Notes under the pieces: model-generated
Told to the model about the DNA's origin: nothing
The model's input: the letters and a program-made list of their open reading frames with translations, nothing else
The model's database searches: none
Assembly (NCBI RefSeq): GCF_032062105.1
Contig: NW_026941189.1
Location: 1-64,000 of the forward strand
Length of the DNA stretch: 64,000 bases
DNA from: Saccostrea cucullata
Lineage: Eukaryota
Direction: 5' to 3'
In this document: positions 34,376 through 44,603 of the stretch, piece by piece
How positions within the stretch are numbered: the stretch's first letter is position 1
How the letters are laid out: every line of letters begins with the position of its first letter
Program-made: the position numbers and the translations under genes

Positions 34376-37300
34376 ATGGATATTACAAGTTCAAGGCAAT
34401 TTCTACCCCAGTTTGTTTTGCAAGCTGATTACAGTCAAAGTGCCCAGCATTTTTCAGTCATTTCAAGAGGGAGGCAATGTATGGCAAACAGTTTTGTGTT
34501 TCTTGTTTTCTGTCTTTTCAAAAGACTGCCATCCTTCATAAAGTATGATCTGCATGCAATTTTAGAGTATGGGGATGTTTTATACAACTTACTGGAGAAA
34601 TCTAGCACATTTTTACTAGTTTCCGAACTGCCTAGATATATCGAAATTCAAAGGACATTTTTTTCTTCTGTTGTCAGGCAGACATATTTTGGAAACATGG
34701 ATCAGAGTGAAAGTACTGAAATGGGGATGTCACTAGAATCTTCCTTTAATTTACTTTTTTCAAAATCTGATACTGGCATACTTATTTTCCACTCAGTCTC
34801 TATAGCTGTGAAACATATTAATGGGAGTTTTTATGTATTTGACTCACACAGTAGAGGTACAGATGGACTTTGTGATCCAGAGGGAAAATGCACTTTAACA
34901 AACCACAATTCTTTTCAAGCTATGTGTGATTTCTTAAGACGTCTTTGCTTGTCACTTTCTAGTATCCCCTTGTCAAATGTTCAATTTGAAGCAAATGCAC
35001 TTCTTGTGAAAAAATTGTCAAACAGACCAAAAAAGGGATTACTAAAGCTTTATGACCCAGTTTTTGGGAACTCATCTAATATGAGCAAGAAAATCCACAA
35101 TGCACGTAAAAGATGTCAAAGTTCAAGTGAAATTTTAGGAAACAATGAACATTCAATGCAGAAACATAGATGTGTGGACACAGATGTTGAACATGAAGAA
35201 AAAAATGCAAAGTCTATGCATTGCACACACAAACATAATGAACAAGAAAATAATTCATGTTCATCAGAAGACTTTAATCAGATTGCAATAAGCAATGAGG
35301 ACCAGGTGAATGATATCTCAGACAGGTGTGATATTATATCAGAGTATAGAAATTCTATTAATTTTGCCATTGAAAACTTCAAAAAAATTGTTTGCACAGG
35401 TCCATCTTTCATTTGTTCTTGCTGCACACAAACATGGTTTAGGGATGGTGTCACAAGAATTGACTCCCTTAAGTCATCAGTAACAGCTCTGAAATGCCTA
35501 CTTGGTATAAAAAGTGTACAACAAACTGAGTGGGTATGTCACACTTGTCATAAACACATTAAGATGGGGAAAGTGCCTGCTTTTGCTGTAGTGAATGGAT
35601 TTGGATTTCCAAGAAAGCCACCTGAATTAGAAATAACTGAAATGGAGGAACGCCTTATCAGCCCCCGAATTCCTTTCATGCAGTTAATGGAAAAACCTAG
35701 AGGAGGACAGAAAAGTTTGCGTGGAAATGTTGTGAATGTTCCAACAGATGTTAACGATACTGTAAAGTCCTTACCACGTACAATGGCAGATACAGAAACA
35801 ATTCAGGTGAAACTGAAAAGAAAATTGAATTTTAGTCACCATGTTTTATATGAAGCTATAAGACCAAACAAATGCTTGGGTGCATTAAGGTGGCTTTTGA
35901 AAAACAGTGAGTTATTTCAAAATGAGGGAATTACTATAAATGAGAACTGGGATATCATGGAAGAACAAAGAAGGTGGTATGATATAATTAATGAATCAGA
36001 TGAGAATAATGCATCAAATTATGATAACAAAGAAGAGAATGAGGGAGTTAAGTACATGTATAATGACAAAGATGAATGGACAGAGGATCCCAACTTTGAG
36101 AATAGACTTACAGGAAACACAGATACTCTGCTTCACCCTACTGATGTGAGGTCTTTGAACAAGACATTTTCATTTGCTCCTGGTGAAAACCAAAAGCCAC
36201 TTGGCTTGTACCAGGACCCTGATGCAGAATACCTAGCATTTCCTACTATTTATTGTGGACAAAGACGTGCTTCAAATAAAGATCGACAGGTATCAGTAAC
36301 ATACAGTTCCATATGCAAATGGGAGCTAAGATGTCATGACAGAAGAGCAGCATGTTCAATGCCAAACCTTTTTTTCAAATTAAAAAAATTACAGATAAAG
36401 CAAATTCAGGACAAAGTAGCACTTGCGATGAGAAAATGCAAAAACGATGGGAAAAAAATAACTGTTGGTCAGGTTTTGAACTCTAGTTCATTTGATAACA
36501 TTGTCAGATTAAATGAAGGGTTTCGAGTTCTCAGGACATTAAGAGGGTCACCAGCATATTGGGAAAGTGCCAAAAGAGATGTCTTTGCTATGATTAGGCA
36601 GTTGGGTATACCAACATGGTTTTGTTCATTCTCTGCAGCAGAAACAAAATGGACAAGTTTAATTCAGATTTTGAGCAAAACATTAAATAATACAGATGTT
36701 AATGACAGAGACATTGAGGATCTTTCATGGATTGACAGATGTGAGCTCATTAAGAAAGATCCAGTCACTTGCTCTAGGTATTTCAACCACAGGTTTAAAA
36801 TCTTCATGTCTAACATTCTGAAAGGCAATTGCCATCCCTTGGGTAAAATTGTGGACTTTTTCTATCGTGTTGAATTTCAACAGAGAGGATCACCCCACAT
36901 ACACATGCTTCTATGGATTGAACATGCGCCTGTTTATGGAAAAGCAACAAATGAGGAAATCCAACAGTTTGTAGACAACCACTCTACTTGTTGCAAAAAC
37001 AAGAATATCCCTGAACTTGTCAACTATCAAACACATAGACATGCTCGAACTTGTAAAAAAGCAGGAAAGAATGTATGCCGTTTTAATTTCCCTTTGCCCC
37101 CAATGCCAGAAACTGTTATCCTAGAACCACTTGATGAAAAAGGTTTTGAAGAAAATCCCTCAGTGCAGCAGAACTTCATGAGAATTTGTGAAGTTTTAAG
37201 TAATATACCTTCAGATGCGAATGTCAGTTTTCAAGAGTTCCTAGATAGATTAAATTTGACAAAGGAAGACTATATAATGGCAGTGAGGTCTTCTATCAAG

Positions 37301-40300
37301 TCTCCCAAGGTTTTTCTTCGACGAGGTGTTTCTGAGGTGAGAATTAATGCATACAATGATATGTTACTGAGGTCATGGGAAGCTAATATTGATGTACAGT
37401 TTATCCTTGATGGATATGCTTGTGCAGCATACATTGTATCGTACATTTCAAAGTCGCAGAGAGGAATGTCTAATTTACTGTATGATGCCTGCGAGGAAGC
37501 AAAGAAAGGAAACTTATCCCTAAAACAGCAAGTAAGACAAATAGGAAACAAATTCCTTACACATGTGGAAATTTGTGCTCAAGAAGCAGCATATCTGGTC
37601 TTGCAAATGCCACTACGATCTAGCAGCAGAAGGGTTGTCTTCATAAACACTAGCGAACCACAAAATCGAACATTCTTGTTAAAATCAGTTGAAACCCTGC
37701 AAGAGCTCCCAGAAAACTCAACAAATATTGAATCGGACAACTGGATAAAGCGTTACCAGAGAAGACCAAAAATATTAAGGAATTACTGCTTAGCAGATTT
37801 TGTCGCAAAATTTGATGTTGTATTTCCTCCAAAAGCAAGACGACTTCTTGAAGAAGATGATGTTTTACCAGAAGATGACCTTGAAGAAATAAATGAAGAT
37901 GACTTGGATATCTCAGATACAGATGAAATAAATCAAACTCCTGAAAATGAGTACCCCATGAAAGATGGTTCTGTATTGAGACTAAGAAAAACTCAAAAGA
38001 TCATTAGGTTTGTTCGCTTTAGTAAAGATCAAGATTCAGAAAATTATTTTAGAGAACAACTTATGCTGTTTTACCCATGGAGAAAAGAAGAGGAAGACCT
38101 TAGAGGAGGTCATGAGAATTTTGAGGCCAACTTTTTACAGCATAAGGAAGTGATACAGAGGAACAAATTAGCATATGAGGCTGACAAAGGTATAATAAGT
38201 GATGTTGAAGACAACATGGAACATTTCTATGGAGCAGATTATGTTGTTACTTCAGAAATACAACACAACGAAGAAATAGACATTCAAGAAGAAGAAAACA
38301 TAAGTACTGCTCATGGTTGTTTCAATCCAGAAGTGGTAGGATTAGATTATGATTTAGCTTTTGATCTAGGTATTACCAGAAAACAAGTTGAGAAAAATGA
38401 TATCCCTGTAAACAGAATGGACGATTCAGAGTATAAGAGTCTTGCAAGGTCCCTGAATGAAAAACAGAAGACGTTTTTCTACCATGTTCTTCACAAAGTG
38501 AAAACAGGTGATTTGCCTCTACAATGTTTCTTAACAGGTGGTGCTGGTGTAGGGAAAAGTCTGTTGACCACATGCATTTTTCAAGCTGTTGTCCGTTTTT
38601 ATGCAAAATGTTTAGCTGAAAACCCAGATGAAGTGAAAGCTGTATTATGTGCACCAACAGGAAAAGCAGCTTATAACATAGGAGGTCACACAATTCATTC
38701 ACTGTTTTGCATACCAGCAAATCAAAATTTGAAATACAAACCTCTTGATGTTCAGCAGTTAGACTCTATGAGAGTTAAGTTCCGCAGTTTGAAATTAGTA
38801 TTCATTGATGAGATTTCCATGGTAGGAAATAAAATGTTCAATTATATTAACCTTAGACTGCAGGAAATATTTGCAAAAAATTTGCCATTTGGCGGCATCA
38901 GCATTATAGCGATTGGGGATTTATTTCAGTTAAAACCTGTGTTTGACGGTTGGATATTTGAAGACCTGTGTGAAGGGTATGGACCGCTAGCAATGAATTT
39001 ATGGACCAACTTCTTTGAACTTTTTGAGTTAACAGAAATTATGAGACAAAAGGATGATAGAGATTTTGCTGAGTTGCTAAATAGGCTCCGAGAAGGTTTA
39101 CATACTGATTCAGATGTTGACAAATTAAAATCCCGAGTTTGCAGTCCTGAAGAAAAAAGCAAAATCATTGATATGCCACATTTATTTACTACAAACGCCA
39201 AAGTCAATTCCCACAACATGGAGGCCTTTGAAAAAGCAGCTTCTGACAGAAAATGTGTCATTTCAGCAATAGATACAGTAAGTGGAGACGTGTCTAAGGA
39301 AGTGAAAAGGACAGTTTTGCAGCAAGTTTCTGACGACCCATCCAGAACAATGGGATTGCATAAAGAATTGTACTTAGTGGAAGATCTTGCTTCAGAAATT
39401 TGCATCAACATCGATGTTCAAGATGGCTTAACAAATGGTAGCCCATGTGTAGTCAGAAAATTGGATTTCAGAGTTACTGGCTCAGAGAGATGCAGCATAG
39501 TGTGGGTAATGTTTCCTAATTCAACAATTGGATCTGTGGCTCGATCAAAATATTCTCATTTGTACTCTGAACACATACACAGGTCCTGGACACCAATTCT
39601 TGAAGTGTCAAAAAAATTTTCTGTAGGTAGACATAAATCTTGTCTTGTAACAAGAAGGCAGTTTCCTTTACGATTAGCATGTGCCAAAACTATTCATAAA
39701 GCACAAGGTTCCACATTAACTCAAACAGTGTTAGACTTGGGAACAAGGAAACACGAACACATGCATTATGTTGGGCTAAGCCGTGTACGTAAGTTGCAAG
39801 ATCTTAATATATTGTCTTTAAATGAAAGAAAGATAGCTGTGTCTGCAAGTGTTGTTTTTGAAATGGATCGATTAAGAAATCAGGCATGTTTGCAGACATG
39901 TTTACCAAAACTTGAAAATATTGTGACAGATGTCAAAATCATATATCACAATAGCAGATCCTTACACTTGCATATGAATGATTTGTTGGCAGAAAAAAAT
40001 GTTATCTCAGGGGACATTATAGCAATTACAGAGAGCAGACTTAATGCAAATGACAGCAATGAAGATTTCAAACTGCCAGGCTTTCAGATGTATCGCTTTG
40101 ATGCAGAGTCCTCAACACACACCAAAAGGCCATTTTACGGAACAGTGGTTTACTCTAAAATTCAATTGTCAGATACGAAGAAGTTGTATTTATGTGGAAT
40201 TGAGACTGTTCTTGCGAAAATGTCATACAAAGAAACAAATGTTCAATTGGTATTTGTATACTGTCCACCTAAACTGTCTAGCATAAACAATTTCTGTCTT

Positions 40301-40399
40301 TTTATGATTTCTTTGCTAGAACTACTGGATGTTAGCAAACCAATAGTTGTCATGGGAGATACTAATATTTTACTCAGAAAGAACTCATCCCATTTCTAG
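34376..40399 (+). CDS. Helentron RepHel polyprotein: herpes-tegument-like deubiquitinase, HUH replication initiator, PIF1 (SF1B) helicase, AP endonuclease (tail frameshifted, continues to 40563)
   Basis: DUB: GRQC35...LEYGD..Y...FD156SH158SR. Cys-rich segment and GNVVNVP region. Rep: VEFQQRGSPHIHML, YIVSYISK. Helicase: GGAGVGKS, APTGKAA, IDEISM, GDLFQLKPV, TIHKAQGST, YVGLSRV. EN: HNSRSL, ITESRL, VYCPP, MGDTN, with LDHIY and SDHKPI in the -1 frame. Confidence 0.95.
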   Translation: MDITSSRQFLPQFVLQADYSQSAQHFSVISRGRQCMANSFVFLVFCLFKRLPSFIKYDLHAILEYGDVLYNLLEKSSTFLLVSELPRYIEIQRTFFSSVVRQTYFGNMDQSESTEMGMSLESSFNLLFSKSDTGILIFHSVSIAVKHINGSFYVFDSHSRGTDGLCDPEGKCTLTNHNSFQAMCDFLRRLCLSLSSIPLSNVQFEANALLVKKLSNRPKKGLLKLYDPVFGNSSNMSKKIHNARKRCQSSSEILGNNEHSMQKHRCVDTDVEHEEKNAKSMHCTHKHNEQENNSCSSEDFNQIAISNEDQVNDISDRCDIISEYRNSINFAIENFKKIVCTGPSFICSCCTQTWFRDGVTRIDSLKSSVTALKCLLGIKSVQQTEWVCHTCHKHIKMGKVPAFAVVNGFGFPRKPPELEITEMEERLISPRIPFMQLMEKPRGGQKSLRGNVVNVPTDVNDTVKSLPRTMADTETIQVKLKRKLNFSHHVLYEAIRPNKCLGALRWLLKNSELFQNEGITINENWDIMEEQRRWYDIINESDENNASNYDNKEENEGVKYMYNDKDEWTEDPNFENRLTGNTDTLLHPTDVRSLNKTFSFAPGENQKPLGLYQDPDAEYLAFPTIYCGQRRASNKDRQVSVTYSSICKWELRCHDRRAACSMPNLFFKLKKLQIKQIQDKVALAMRKCKNDGKKITVGQVLNSSSFDNIVRLNEGFRVLRTLRGSPAYWESAKRDVFAMIRQLGIPTWFCSFSAAETKWTSLIQILSKTLNNTDVNDRDIEDLSWIDRCELIKKDPVTCSRYFNHRFKIFMSNILKGNCHPLGKIVDFFYRVEFQQRGSPHIHMLLWIEHAPVYGKATNEEIQQFVDNHSTCCKNKNIPELVNYQTHRHARTCKKAGKNVCRFNFPLPPMPETVILEPLDEKGFEENPSVQQNFMRICEVLSNIPSDANVSFQEFLDRLNLTKEDYIMAVRSSIKSPKVFLRRGVSEVRINAYNDMLLRSWEANIDVQFILDGYACAAYIVSYISKSQRGMSNLLYDACEEAKKGNLSLKQQVRQIGNKFLTHVEICAQEAAYLVLQMPLRSSSRRVVFINTSEPQNRTFLLKSVETLQELPENSTNIESDNWIKRYQRRPKILRNYCLADFVAKFDVVFPPKARRLLEEDDVLPEDDLEEINEDDLDISDTDEINQTPENEYPMKDGSVLRLRKTQKIIRFVRFSKDQDSENYFREQLMLFYPWRKEEEDLRGGHENFEANFLQHKEVIQRNKLAYEADKGIISDVEDNMEHFYGADYVVTSEIQHNEEIDIQEEENISTAHGCFNPEVVGLDYDLAFDLGITRKQVEKNDIPVNRMDDSEYKSLARSLNEKQKTFFYHVLHKVKTGDLPLQCFLTGGAGVGKSLLTTCIFQAVVRFYAKCLAENPDEVKAVLCAPTGKAAYNIGGHTIHSLFCIPANQNLKYKPLDVQQLDSMRVKFRSLKLVFIDEISMVGNKMFNYINLRLQEIFAKNLPFGGISIIAIGDLFQLKPVFDGWIFEDLCEGYGPLAMNLWTNFFELFELTEIMRQKDDRDFAELLNRLREGLHTDSDVDKLKSRVCSPEEKSKIIDMPHLFTTNAKVNSHNMEAFEKAASDRKCVISAIDTVSGDVSKEVKRTVLQQVSDDPSRTMGLHKELYLVEDLASEICINIDVQDGLTNGSPCVVRKLDFRVTGSERCSIVWVMFPNSTIGSVARSKYSHLYSEHIHRSWTPILEVSKKFSVGRHKSCLVTRRQFPLRLACAKTIHKAQGSTLTQTVLDLGTRKHEHMHYVGLSRVRKLQDLNILSLNERKIAVSASVVFEMDRLRNQACLQTCLPKLENIVTDVKIIYHNSRSLHLHMNDLLAEKNVISGDIIAITESRLNANDSNEDFKLPGFQMYRFDAESSTHTKRPFYGTVVYSKIQLSDTKKLYLCGIETVLAKMSYKETNVQLVFVYCPPKLSSINNFCLFMISLLELLDVSKPIVVMGDTNILLRKNSSHF

Positions 40400-41571
40400 A
40401 GAAATTGAATCTTAGACAAATAATGCACAGTAGTACCACATATTATGGCAGTTGTTTGGACCATATATACACAAATTGCCTACCTGGTTCTCATATTTCA
40501 TGTGCCACACTTGAATCTTATTATTCAGATCATAAACCCATTGTTGCTTATTTGCCACTGTAAAGAGATAAATTTGATTTTCTTTCTGATGTTTTTTGGA
40601 TTCATTGCCATTTTTATCAAAATTTATGTATTTTTTTATTAAGAGCAGTCTGCAATTCAGCAAAAGTAATTTCTAGATACATAAGAACACTGTTTTGCAC
40701 TACTTAACAGAAAACTAGAAGATGCCCATGAAGATGGGACTCTCTGTCCTCCACAAGGGGACCCCTCCACAAGTGGATATGGACAAAAGTGTTTCCTTTT
40801 GTGGAAACACCACAGAACCTGAGAGACAAGACTGACACTGATATTGACACCTTCATCAACCAAGAAGTAGAGGATGTACTACAAGATTTCAAGATCAGAA
40901 ATGGACACTGTTCAGAAACCAGTTTTCTTTGTAAGCATCTTCTCTTGTGTTTGCAATTCTTATTTTTTTTTTATTTTCCTAAACCTGATATTAATGGCAT
41001 AAATATTATATTGAAAATAATTTCAACCTCTATCACAATTTGTTAAAGGTTACAATAAATCATAGTATTGGTAATCAAATGAATGTTTGGAAAATATATA
41101 CTGATGTATATTGTCAATTTCAAAGTGTTCTATTGTTGATGAAATCAATGGCCAAAGGTAAAGGCGATTAAAAACTTGGTATGATTTTTAGGATGAGGCT
41201 ATCAAGACCATCCAAGCATCCAACAAGGCTTATCATTGAAGATAATGGACATTATATTGGAATAACATTGTTGAAGGATTTAGCTGACCATTCAACAAAG
41301 ATAGGGAATAAAATAGAGGGTTTCCACTGCATAGTCTCAAAATAACTAAGAACAAAAAATCAAACATCAAGAAGGAACACAGGTATTGAGGTAATAATTC
41401 CTTTTAAAAAATCAGCAGGGAGCATGTAGTACACACACTTTTAAATGATTTATAACTTGCAATTCTTTTTTTATTAAATCTTGAATTTTGTTTTAATCTT
41501 GAGATATTAAGTAGACAAATGATAAAGTGAAGCTTAGCAATGACGTATGAGATAATGTATATACTAGTATA

Positions 41572-41896
41572 CAAGGGTTGTCCAAAAAACTCATAGACAA
41601 TGTATATAACATTTTAAACATGCAACCAATACAGACCAAATTTTGCATCAATAATTTCAGGGCAATTTATTTGAAGGTCGGTAAGGTAAGGTAAGAACAA
41701 AATTCAGAATAATTTACGCAACTAATTTAGCAATTAACTTTTATATTTGCTTTTATTTTTGTATTACTGTGTAAGGCATTGAACTAAAACTTAAATCAGT
41801 GGAATCAGAATCAAAATCTTTATAATATGTCAAAATATCAAATACATAGAAACTATTTTTCTTTTCAAAGTCTACGACTTTTTGGGACAACCCTCA
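41572..41896. mobile_element. Mariner-type MITE
   Basis: TA|caagggttgtccaaaaaactcatagac ... gtctacgactttttgggacaaccctca|TA. Confidence 0.8.
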
Positions 41897-42821
41897 TATA
41901 TGTATATGCATGTATCAAATAAAATCCTGACACTTTTAGTATAACCACCTTAAATACCATTCATATGTCAAAACACAACGAAAGTTCATAAAACTTTCTA
42001 TACATTGTAAACTCAATGTTTGGACTCAGTATATATCTTAAAAGCCCCAGCATATCTCATATACCAAACACTGACTGTACTTTATTATATGTGTGCATTG
42101 TTTAAATGTTGTGGAGCTTTCTGAGAGAGTTGAACATTATTATGATAATCATATATTGCAGAAGGTTCAGCTGAGAGATATTGATGTAACAAGAGAGGTT
42201 GAGCCAATAACAGTTTCAGAAGTGTCATGTGAAATGTACTTTAGAGAAGAAAGCAAATATAAGGACTTCACACTTTATCTTTTACAACAGAAGAGGCCAG
42301 GCGCAAAACTTTCTCCAAGATGCTGCGACAATTGATAATTAATAAACTGCCCTTCCCTGCTCAACTTTTGACAATTGAAAGTTCTGTCACATCTTTCCAT
42401 TTACTCTGAGCAAACTTTATAACATATTTATAAAAACATTTTTTAGAATCGTACTGATTTTAGGATGTAAATGTAACCATTTTATTTGCCATTCTGTTAA
42501 AGACTAGTTTATTTGGGGAATGAAATGATGCATTACAGTAGTGTAACAAATACCATTGAAAATTGTGAAGATAAAGTTTTGTACATGTACATAATTAATG
42601 AGTAGTACTATAAAACTATGCCATTGACTTGATTAATTCATTATCATGCATTTCATTTCAATCTTGTAAAAATGCAAACAAGTACCTACATATACTAATA
42701 GCTATTGTTCATTATGCTATTTCTGCCTTGGCCATTGCATTTTTTTTTCATGTATGTTAAAATCCATTGATTCCACCGTCAGTATAAACAATACACTTTT
42801 TATGGAATAGGATTTTAAATA

Positions 42822-43023
42822 CTGCAGATTACTAAATTTTTCGCAACATCTTATTTTCGTGAGATAGTCATTGACTCTTTATAAGCGAGACATAATTTTC
42901 CAAATTCTTAGAGTTTTTCTATATTACCTTAAGGAATACTATTATACAATGAAATTTTGAAGTGTTTACCCTCTTGCATAATTACGTGAAAAAAAGTTCT
43001 CGCGAATAAAAAGTAATTTACAG
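42822..43023. mobile_element. TA-flanked MITE (Tc1/mariner-type), related to 55109-55317
   Basis: TA|ctgcagattact...ttcgc / gcgaataaaaagtaatttacag|TA. Confidence 0.6.
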
Positions 43024-44603
43024 TAGTTTTGTAGTTTTACACCAGGTGCCATTTGGTCTATGTGTTAACTATGGTACATTTTTTTTATAAGTTTTAAAAT
43101 TACACATCATGTGCCTTTTGGTCTCTGTGTTCAATCATTAAAATGATTTCTTTTTCATAATTTCTTTTGAAAATAAATATTCTTTGATTTAATAAATTAC
43201 ACATAGGCCTAAAAGTGAAATTATAAAAGTTTCTTGTACCAGGGTACATATTATTTCATACTTTTTTGTTTGTAAGCTTTGGATTTCATTTATTTTATTT
43301 TTTTTCTTTACCATGCACTATTTCTAAATTTGTTACTCGTTTCTTTACCTGCAATACTATGCTTTTTCCCCATTTCTATATGTGCTGAATGCCTTTCACT
43401 TTTGGGGATTCATTGAATAGTTCTTCTGCATGTACTTAAATTAAATGATTTTTTTGAAATAAATATTTGATGCTTTATGATTGTAGTTATTACTCATTAT
43501 TAAATGTTTGAATATATCCTATAAAGTTAATCATTATTTACTATGTACATGTATGAGAAGATTATTCCTTTGAATGATATTACATAAACCAAGGATTCAT
43601 ATCACAAAAGATGCTAGTAAAAACAAAAATCTCACTGCTTAAAGCTTGTAAATGCTGAAAATATCTTCACATTTGCAACAACCAATAGACAACTGTTGGG
43701 TTCACACTATGAATTAAGAATTCACAAAAAACAAACCAAGCCTCCGTCTATCAGTACTTTCAGTACTTTGATTATATTTTTAAGATATGTATTTTAAATT
43801 GTACACATTATTCTCATTTTTTTATTCATTCAGTCATTCACTCTTTCATTCAGCGCTGCGCAATGCGATTTACTAACACTCTATGTTGTCTTGTTCAGTG
43901 CCTGTTATAAACCTAAACACCCCTATTTAGTTAAGTGTTGTATTCCAGGTAGACTACCAGGTAATGTTGTGAATGGGTTATTCCATTATGTAGTGGGACA
44001 TTGATTTCTATTGGTCAGTGTAGTTGATTGGTTCTAAGGTAGAATTGGCGGGAATTACTATAATAATTTCCCTTATTCTGAAAACTGGTTTTTGAAGGGT
44101 GTACATGTATATAGTGATTTCATAGTGTTGGAGACACCACCCTTATTCCTGTGAGTAATTTAATAAATAATTAAGTACTGTTCCGTGTAAGAGTCAGGCA
44201 GGGTCCCATGTAGGGGTTACACACTTTAATTTTGGAATCTGTTTATTTCTTCTCAATTTTCATTCAAATTAAACATATTTAAATATTTGAAGAAGAAAAA
44301 GTTCATTTCTTTTGTATATTTGTGTTATTTACACTCAAGTTATATTGATGGATTTGGTTAAATTCCTATATAAAATCATTAAAATTCATCCTTTTTGTAT
44401 CAATAAAACACAGAAAAACATTATTACATATAGTTTTCCATGATAAAAATATTTTTACCTTAGTATATGCTTTTATATAGAATTCTTGATTTTATGTGTT
44501 TTCTTCATGCTAACAAGTATACAGCTTCCAAAGTTAAGCCCCTTCCTCACATTTAACTGTAAGAGTTATCTCCCATTTCCCATAATGCAACAGGGCATCA
44601 GTA

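Larger units (their letters stand above)
26747..43775 (+). mobile_element. Full-length Helentron/Helitron2 rolling-circle transposon (~17 kb)
   Basis: 13-bp inverted repeat tagacggaggctt (26747-26759) / aagcctccgtcta (43738-43750). The left copy folds with the adjacent agcctccg into a terminal hairpin. The right copy is subterminal and followed by the stem agtact-ttc-agtact and a T tract. T-rich flanks, no TSD. Encloses a RepHel-EN ORF. Right boundary approximate. Confidence 0.88.

Noticed and set aside
34376-35010. Endogenous herpesvirus fragment
   Set aside because: The tegument-like DUB is fused in frame to Helentron RepHel inside transposon termini, and no other viral genes are present.
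37270-39411. Antisense ORFs within RepHel (likewise 52588-53037 in gag, 63305-63565 and 29209-29460)
   Set aside because: Shadow frames of long genuine coding sequences, without motifs.
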